Part shown: positions 62,524 to 64,000 of the stretch, in pieces
Position numbering within the stretch: position 1 is the first letter of the stretch
How the letters are laid out: each line of letters starts with the position of its first letter
Notes under the pieces: model-generated
What the model saw: the letters and a program-made list of their open reading frames with translations, nothing else
What the model was told of the DNA's origin: nothing
The model's database searches: none
Origin: Alphaproteobacteria bacterium
GTDB lineage: Bacteria > Pseudomonadota > Alphaproteobacteria > Rickettsiales > UBA998
DNA length: 64,000 nucleotides
NCBI GenBank assembly: GCA_043765375.1
Contig: JAYUJH010000006.1
Location: forward strand, 10,110-74,109
Reading direction: 5' to 3'
Translations under genes and position numbers: made by a program

Positions 62524-64000
62524 ATGATTAACATATTAAGCATCATAGCCAAGCAATTTAACTGGAATATTTTCATTCATATTGCGCCACTTGGTTTGTT
62601 GGCTGGTATAATTACCGCCACTAATTTTGATTTATCCGCAAGTTACTGGCTAGAGATAGCAATTATTTTGCTGCCAATTATCACTATATTAATGCGCCAC
62701 AAATTGCGTGAATTAATCTGGATTATAGCGATATTATGGCTGGGGTTGACTGGTGGTTGGCGGGCGCAAAGTTATTTGCAACCAAATCAAATCATCACAT
62801 TAAGCAAGCCATATCGTTTTGTGCAATTACACGCTAAAATTGAAGCTGTTGAGGCGATAAGCCTTGGTAAATATCGCATTATCATCAATCATACCACCAG
62901 CCAAACATTTGCTCCCCAAGATAAAAATGTGCGGTTGCGTTTGAATGTGCGGGCTGATATTGCTCCAAAAATGGGAGATTTAGTGCAGTTTTATGCAAAT
63001 ATATTTCCACCATCACGCCCAGCGATTCAAAATGGGGCAGATTTTGCTCGCTATTTCTATATCAAAAATATTGGTGGAGTTGGCTATTCTATGGGTAAAA
63101 TCAAAATCATATCTTCAATCGCCAAACCTAAACTCGCAAAATCTACATCAAGCAATATCACACCAGATAAAACAATCATCTCACCTCAACCAATATTGCG
63201 GTTAATTTCTCTGTGGCGAGTTAATATTGACGATGCGCTATTACACCATATCACCCCACCGCAAACGGGAATTGCCATCGCACTAATAACAGGGGGGCGA
63301 GCGGCAATTCCTGCTGACATCAACCAAGCGATGCAGATTTCAGGAATTACTCACATTCTCTCCATTTCTGGGTTACATATGAGCATGGTCTGCGGGTTGC
63401 TATATTTTGGCTTGCGGTTGTTGTTAGCAGCAATCGCACCACTAGCTTTGCACCTGCCAATCAAGCAATATTGTGCATTTGCGGCTTTGCTAAGCGGAGG
63501 AATATATCTCGCACTTGCGGATTTCCCTATTCCCGCCATTCGTGCTTATGTGATGATTGCGCTTATTTTTGTTGGCATAATTTGCAATCGTGATGCAGAT
63601 ACTTTGCGCTCGCTAGTGATTGCAGCGATTGGGTTGTTGTTATATAATCCATTAATCGCCTTAGATATTGGTTTTCAATTATCATTCATTGCAACTTACG
63701 CCTTAATCATTGCGTATCGCAGGCTGAACAAGTTTAATGCTTTTGTGAGACAACGAGGCTTTGGAGTTATATCACGAGGTTTGCTTTATGTGTTTAATAT
63801 CATCATTAGCTCGGTGGTGGCGGGGCTTGTGACTGCGCCGTTAGTATTATTTCATTTTGGCTTATTTTCATCTTATAGTGTGCTAACCAACGTCATGATA
63901 TTGCCAATTCTTAGTTTCATGGTGATGCCAGCCTTGATTTTTGGCTTAATGATGGAATGGATTTGGCAGGGTGATTTATTGCTACAAATCGCTGATTATG
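62524..64000 (+). CDS. comEC: ComEC/Rec2 competence protein, 3'-truncated by window edge
   Basis: Frame from 62524 not in the ORF track; GITHILSISGLHM, PAIRAYVM, DIGFQLSF. Confidence 0.92.
   Translation, partial: MINILSIIAKQFNWNIFIHIAPLGLLAGIITATNFDLSASYWLEIAIILLPIITILMRHKLRELIWIIAILWLGLTGGWRAQSYLQPNQIITLSKPYRFVQLHAKIEAVEAISLGKYRIIINHTTSQTFAPQDKNVRLRLNVRADIAPKMGDLVQFYANIFPPSRPAIQNGADFARYFYIKNIGGVGYSMGKIKIISSIAKPKLAKSTSSNITPDKTIISPQPILRLISLWRVNIDDALLHHITPPQTGIAIALITGGRAAIPADINQAMQISGITHILSISGLHMSMVCGLLYFGLRLLLAAIAPLALHLPIKQYCAFAALLSGGIYLALADFPIPAIRAYVMIALIFVGIICNRDADTLRSLVIAAIGLLLYNPLIALDIGFQLSFIATYALIIAYRRLNKFNAFVRQRGFGVISRGLLYVFNIIISSVVAGLVTAPLVLFHFGLFSSYSVLTNVMILPILSFMVMPALIFGLMMEWIWQGDLLLQIADY

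Overview
AT-rich (roughly 38-40% GC by eye) chromosomal segment of an alphaproteobacterium. It is Rickettsiales-like in composition but biosynthetically competent (hisG, serC, argB, cysE, aroQ, purL, carA, pyrB, thiSG, ribH, hemD/hemJ). Most of the window is housekeeping genes in fragmented operons (cox, tat, sec, tol, ruv, PHB metabolism), plus tRNA-Val(GAC) and tRNA-Gln(TTG). Accessory or unexplained signals: (1) a three-gene alginate-like module (Alg44-like PilZ protein, helical-scaffold/AlgL-like lyase fusion, secreted helical-repeat protein) with no synthase or porin in the window; (2) a low-GC PD-(D/E)xK nuclease fused to a PUA/EVE-like domain; (3) a 1.3-kb two-gene islet bounded by an exact 30-bp direct repeat; (4) a family of GTCA..TCCA REP-like palindromes; (5) a candidate structured sRNA divergent from bfd; (6) a large glycoside-hydrolase-like gene split by one in-frame TAG; (7) three small ORFs and a partial comEC missed by the ORF track; (8) pervasive short tandem 'stutter' duplications in coding and non-coding DNA. 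No CRISPR array, rRNA, transposase or prophage was seen. All family calls come from motif recognition without database searches.
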